The notes under the pieces were generated by a model. That model saw only the letters and a program-made list of their open reading frames with translations. It had not been told where the DNA came from and did no database searches. From positions 372,001 through 436,000 of the forward strand of contig CP120459.1 of the NCBI GenBank assembly GCA_034226945.1: a DNA stretch of 64,000 nucleotides, given 5' to 3'. Shown here one piece after another: positions 58,951 to 64,000 of this stretch. The first letter of the stretch is position 1. Every line of letters begins with the position of its first letter. Both the position numbers and the translations under genes were made by a program. The DNA comes from Picochlorum sp. SENEW3. Lineage: Eukaryota.

Positions 58951-59961
58951 TCAGCAAGATCCTGGTACGACAGCTTCCTGCTGCTGCTCCTCCTCCTGCT
59001 TCTGTGCCATGTATTCGGCATACTCTTCATGAGATACAAAGCGTCCCTTAATTCGTGGACGAATCTCTGCATACGCCTTCCTGGATTGGTATCGAATAGT
59101 CTTCTGGAAGCATCTTCTGGCACGTTTTGCTCTGTATCGAGCCACACGCTCCTCTCTTGTAAGCTCTGGTTCCTCCACCATGTGTGCAGAGATGTGCTGC
59201 TGTGCATTATGATGATTTGCCATGGTACGTCTCGTCAACCTACGAGATCTTGATCCCACACGACGTGGCGTCACATAAAAGTCAGCATCATCGTTATCAT
59301 CCTCCTCGTCTTCCAAGAATGAAGAATACTCAAAATCATCATCATCAATGTATGCTCCCTGCACTGCCCGTCTCCTCTTCTCCCCTCTCATCTCCTCTTC
59401 TTGCTTCTCCTCCACCACAGGCGCATCAACATCAATAAATGCCAAAGGCTCCACTTCTCCTTCCAAGCAAGGAACCATCTGTGGCACCATCACATGCTCT
59501 TCATTCATCTCGGGCATCACATCATGCTGGTTCATCTTGCTGGACTTGATAAACACATTGTCCTGAGGCACCATATTCGGTGCCTGGGGTACCATATCTG
59601 TTGCCTGAGGCACAACTCCGAACGCAGCGTCATCAGGCAAGCAAGAGAACAAGTCATCAAACTGACCCAGGTCTTCCGTCTTCATACTTACAGGCATATC
59701 CACCTCTGGAAAGAACACATCAGAAGAGAACAGGTCATCCTGCCCTCCCAACTGTGGCACGACAGCAACATCATCGAACGATGTTCCAGATACCTGAGTC
59801 TTATACACAGTATCAATTTTCTGTCTCACATGCTTTGCTCCAAGAGGGTTGGCATGGTGCTCTTCATCACACACTTGGCACAAGTACGCATCGTCATTCA
59901 CGCAGTACATTGTAGCTCTGCTGTCTTCGCATTTCGCGCACATAATCATGTTGTCAATCAT
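58951..59961 (-). CDS. CONSTANS-like B-box + CCT protein
   Basis: C..C...[23 protein letters not shown] (B-box) and [34 protein letters not shown] (CCT). Confidence 0.92.
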   Translation of the reverse strand: MIDNMIMCAKCEDSRATMYCVNDDAYLCQVCDEEHHANPLGAKHVRQKIDTVYKTQVSGTSFDDVAVVPQLGGQDDLFSSDVFFPEVDMPVSMKTEDLGQFDDLFSCLPDDAAFGVVPQATDMVPQAPNMVPQDNVFIKSSKMNQHDVMPEMNEEHVMVPQMVPCLEGEVEPLAFIDVDAPVVEEKQEEEMRGEKRRRAVQGAYIDDDDFEYSSFLEDEEDDNDDADFYVTPRRVGSRSRRLTRRTMANHHNAQQHISAHMVEEPELTREERVARYRAKRARRCFQKTIRYQSRKAYAEIRPRIKGRFVSHEEYAEYMAQKQEEEQQQEAVVPGSC

Positions 59962-60681
59962 CGCGCTGAATATAAAAGTCGTATCCTACAACCGGCAAGG
60001 ATGTCTTCCCCAAGAGTTTCGATCAAGGATGCGCAACGTGCACGAGTCGAATGCTATAGCTGCCGCAACAAACGTATTCTGCAGACAATTATAAATATAT
60101 CGAGTATGAGAATAACGCCAACAAGGTTAATTTACTTCTAAAACGGCGTCGACGACGTGCCCGTCTGACAACGTCCCGGACGACGATACTACGTACCGTT
60201 GCTGAGTAATGGGCTGTAAAAAAATTAAATGAAATATCGGACACGCACGAAAAACGTCTTAGACAATAATCGCATTAAATTTTGAGAGCACAGGAGCATA
60301 CTTATCCTCTCGTAAGACAGACTCTCTACTATTTGGTACTGCGATGATGAATCATGGTACTGCGAGAACTGGATCCCGAATTACTTTGCCTCTTGAACAT
60401 GGAGACGACGGTGTTTGAAAGACACACGAGTACTGGCGATCGGATACCTGGGAGCGCATTATTGGTCTATTATATGAAAGTTTTTAATCATAAAATAGGT
60501 CAGTACTACCATATTTAGTCATACGAAGGACAAAGAGCGGTGGATTTTCGATACACAGTCCATTCCATTGTCGTCGATCAGAAAAAACAAACACTGTGTC
60601 TCACTCTTTCTCTATTGCTGCGCTAGTGCTATACTATACATTTGATATCAATAACAGATTAGATACGTAAAACTATAGACT

Positions 60682-62337
60682 ATGGCTGGTTCAATGGCGG
60701 CAGGAAGTGGGGGCTTGCCGTATGGTTTGCAAGCCATGCTCAAAGAGGGGTACAAGCACCTGTCTGGGTTGGAAGAAGCTGTGTTGAAGAATATAGAAGC
60801 ATGTAAGCAGTTGACTATGATTACGAGGACATCCATGGGTCCTAATGGGATGAATAAGCTGGTGATTAATCATCTGGACAAGATTTTTCTGACGAGTGAT
60901 GCGTGTACAATTGTAAATGAGTTGGAAGTGCAGCACCCGGCGGCGAAAATGCTGGCGATGGCTGCGGCTGCCCAGCAGCAAGAGATTGGAGATGGAACGA
61001 ATTTTGTCTTGTCGTTGGCAGGGGAGCTGTTGAAGAGGGCAGAGGATTTGCTGCGGGATGGGCTGCATCCAGTGGAGATTGCAGATGGATATAGCAAGGC
61101 TGGAGAGCTGGCGCTGGAGATGTTGGATGATATGGTGGTGAGTGGAACGGAAGTTGTAGATTTGAAGAATGTAGATGATGTTGTGAGGAGGATTACTGGG
61201 TGCATGTCGAGCAAATTGCATGGGTATGAGAAGATTTTGGCACCGTTGGTGGCAGAAGCGTGTGTGTCCGTGTTGCCGAAGAATGAGAAGAATTTCAGCG
61301 TTGATAATGTTCGAGTAGTGAAGATTCAAGGTGGTAGCGTTCATGATTCGACGGTAATTAAAGGTTTGGTGCTCAAGCGGGGTGTGGAGGGGACGGTGAA
61401 GCATGTTGAGAATGCCAAGGTGGCTGTGTTTGCTCAAGGTGTGGATACGTTAGGAACGGAGACCAAGGGTACAGTGTTGATTAAGAGTGCTGATGAGTTG
61501 GAAAAGTATTCACAGGGCGAAGAAGACAAGGTAGAAAAGGCAATACAGGAGCTTGTGGATGCTGGAGTGAATGTGGTGGTGTCTGGAGGATCCTTTGGGG
61601 AGATGGCGCTTCATTTCCTCGAGAGGTTTGGATTGATGGCAATAAAAATTCCATCGAAATTTGATCTCAGAAGGTTTTCGAGGGCCACTGGTGCTCCAGC
61701 TCTGGTGAGCTTGGGAACTCCAAAAGAAGATGAGATTGGCTTTGCCAAATCATTACGAGTGCAAGAGATTGGAGGCACCCCTTGCCTGGTACTGGAACAG
61801 GCCGCCACAAAAAGTGCGATTTCTACCATCGTATTGCGTGGTGCTACCACGCAAGCGTTGGACGACGTAGAAAGGGCTGTTGATGGAGGAATCAATGCAT
61901 TCAGAGCGCTCACTCGTGATGCACGCGCTGTCCCAGCAGGTGGCGCGACCGAGATCGCGTTAGCAAGTCGAATCATAGACCTTGGTCAGAAAGAAAAAGG
62001 TCTGGATCAATATGCGATCACTCAATTCGGACATGCTTTGGAGGTTATTCCAACAACCATTGCAGAAAATAGTGGCCTGGATGCCACTGATGCTATCGCA
62101 GCACTGTATGCAGCCCATGCAGAGGGCCACAATAGAGATGGTTTGGATATTCTCACTGGAAAAACGAAAGATCTGGGTGAGTCTGAGTCTATCTTTGATT
62201 TATACGTGGCAAAATGGTGGGGCATGAAGTTGGCTGTGGACGCTGCAACAACGGTGCTGCGTGTCGATCAAATCATCATGAGCAGGCCTGCTGGGGGACC
62301 TCGTGCACCACAGGGTGGATCATTTGACGAAGATTAG
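60682..62337 (+). CDS. CCT8: T-complex protein 1 subunit theta
   Basis: GLEEAVLKNIEAC, GDGTN, SKFDLRR and VDQIIMSRPAGGP motifs. Confidence 0.95.
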   Translation: MAGSMAAGSGGLPYGLQAMLKEGYKHLSGLEEAVLKNIEACKQLTMITRTSMGPNGMNKLVINHLDKIFLTSDACTIVNELEVQHPAAKMLAMAAAAQQQEIGDGTNFVLSLAGELLKRAEDLLRDGLHPVEIADGYSKAGELALEMLDDMVVSGTEVVDLKNVDDVVRRITGCMSSKLHGYEKILAPLVAEACVSVLPKNEKNFSVDNVRVVKIQGGSVHDSTVIKGLVLKRGVEGTVKHVENAKVAVFAQGVDTLGTETKGTVLIKSADELEKYSQGEEDKVEKAIQELVDAGVNVVVSGGSFGEMALHFLERFGLMAIKIPSKFDLRRFSRATGAPALVSLGTPKEDEIGFAKSLRVQEIGGTPCLVLEQAATKSAISTIVLRGATTQALDDVERAVDGGINAFRALTRDARAVPAGGATEIALASRIIDLGQKEKGLDQYAITQFGHALEVIPTTIAENSGLDATDAIAALYAAHAEGHNRDGLDILTGKTKDLGESESIFDLYVAKWWGMKLAVDAATTVLRVDQIIMSRPAGGPRAPQGGSFDED

Positions 62338-62611
62338 ACGCATGGTATGCGTAGCACTTGCATGCGCCATTCACCATATAGCACCATGTAACTGAATCGG
62401 TACCACAAGAAGCGCCTCCTCTGCTGAGGAGAGATGCTGCCTCCATTCGACCGCATCGAATCGTCCCCATAGACACACAGCACGGCCCACAGAAGGGCAT
62501 TAAAAAATATTATATTCAAACAGGTTAAATATCCTTGCGGTCGACTACCCGTTTGGTCCTGTTTCTCAGTAACACATACAAAAGAAAGACTTTGTCGCCC
62601 AATCAACAAAG

Positions 62612-63765
62612 ATGCCTTCCGCCGCCAAGCTTGTTGCCAAGGAGGAGGTACGCCTGTGTTCATAGTGTTATATTGGACGATATAAATGCCATGATGAGTG
62701 AAACATGGCGGATACGTGGATGACTGAGACGGAGGAATGTGTGCCGCCGCTTTGCCTGCGGCACCCTTGTTCCATGAATTGGGTCCCATCCGTTGATGTA
62801 GTGCATTTCTATGACAATATTCTGACGACATATTGTGCTCTATACTGCAGTATGACAGGAAGCTGTGCCATTTGATGGACACGCACACCAAGTGCTTCCT
62901 TGTGCACGCTGACAACGTCGGATCCAAGCAGTTCATGCAGATCCGTGCTGCTATCCGTGACAACTCCACTGTTTTGATGGGAAAGAACACAATGGTTCGC
63001 CGTTGCATCCGATCCTACGTGGAGCGGACTGGAAATGAGCAGTGGGGAGGACTGGTGGAGCACATTGAGGGAAATGTTGGTTTGATCTTCACCCAGGGTG
63101 AGCTTACAGAAGTGAAGGACGCCATTTCAGAGTTCAAGGTTGGAGCTCCAGCAAAGGTGGGAACCGTTGCTCCAAGCAGTGTCACCATTCCAGCCGGAAA
63201 CACTGGAATGGATCCCTCTCAGACATCCTTCTTCCAGGTCCTCAACATCCCAACCAAGATTACCAAGGGTACTATTGAGATTACATCAGATATTCAGGTG
63301 GTGACTGAGGGAGAAAAGGTGGGAGCCTCCGAGGCAACACTTCTCTCCAAGCTCGGAATCAAGCCATTCTCCTACGGTCTCGTGGTGCAAAAGGTCTACG
63401 AGGATGGAGATATCTATGACGCCTCCGTGTTGGATATCACCGACGATCAGTTGAGCGATGTTATTGGTGCTGGAGTCCAGAGAATTGCCGCCCTCTGCAA
63501 GCAGACTGGAGTGCCATCTCTTGCCTCTGCTCCTCACTCCATCATCGATGGATACAAGAACCTCTTGGCCATTGCTGTCTCTACAGAATACAGCTTCCCA
63601 TTGGCTGACAAGGTTAAGGACGTACTTGCCAACCCAGAAGCATTCGCTGCTGCTGCTGCCGCCGCTGCCGCCCCTGCTGGTGGAGATGCTGCCGCTGCTG
63701 CCCCAGCTGCTGCTGAGGAGGAAGAAGAGGAAGACGAAGACATGGGCTTCTCTCTCTTTGACTAA
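62612..63765 (+). CDS. RPLP0: 60S acidic ribosomal protein P0 (uL10); intron 62648-62850
   Basis: ADNVGSKQF, LMGKNTM and TGMDPSQTSFFQ motifs with the C-terminus EEEDEDMGFSLFD. Confidence 0.96.
62688..62828 (+). ncRNA. Probable intronic box C/D snoRNA
   Basis: Box C ATGATGA 62691-97, D' CTGA 62724-27, a long stem (GTGCCGC/GCGGCAC, GACGGA/TCCGTT), C'-like TTGATGT, and box D CTGA 62822-25, all in an unusually long ribosomal-protein intron. Confidence 0.6.
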
Positions 63766-64000
63766 TCCATTACATATATGAAGCATTCGATTGTAATAGA
63801 TTATTTACAAGTATACAGGGAAAAACTCGTAAGAGATACTGAAACAATGTACACGAAATTTGTCATCCTTTAATCTTTGTGGTTGAATCTACGCGATCTG
63901 TTTCTAACTTTGCAGCCGGAATAATACTAGGAACACCACGCAATGCAATCTCGCTATTTCCTCCTCCTAACCAATTTCCATTCTTCGAGCCACCACCGCA

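Noticed and set aside
59401..60141. 246-aa plus-strand ORF and many similar antisense ORFs in the track
   Set aside because: These are shadow frames of well-supported genes on the opposite strand.
62720..62800. TPP riboswitch in the RPLP0 intron (CTGAGA motif)
   Set aside because: The downstream ACCTGAT...GCGNAGGGA core is missing; a C/D snoRNA layout fits better.

Overview
Gene-dense eukaryotic nuclear DNA with short GT-AG introns, tiny intergenic gaps, plastid- and mitochondrion-targeted genes and a recurring TGTAA poly(A) signal. This points to a compact chlorophyte alga, probably Picochlorum-like (inference). About 33 ordinary genes are present, including METE, RPS30, ISWI, COG6, Fd-GOGAT, CCT8 and RPLP0. 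The standout is a pair of divergent Fanzor1-type (eukaryotic TnpB-like) nuclease genes, both with an intact RuvC D-E-D triad. The copy at about 27.5-29.9 kb lies in an apparently complete 2,566-bp non-autonomous transposon (27436-30001) with 24-bp terminal inverted repeats (21/24 identical) and a TA target duplication. It has a structured candidate omegaRNA between the stop codon and the right end, and is inserted directly behind the COG6 stop codon, so its guide and TAM can be predicted. The other, larger Fanzor (about 1.1-4.1 kb) has no ends I could recognise and may be immobilised or domesticated. A probable box C/D snoRNA lies in the RPLP0 intron. All assignments were made by eye from motifs; no searches were run.
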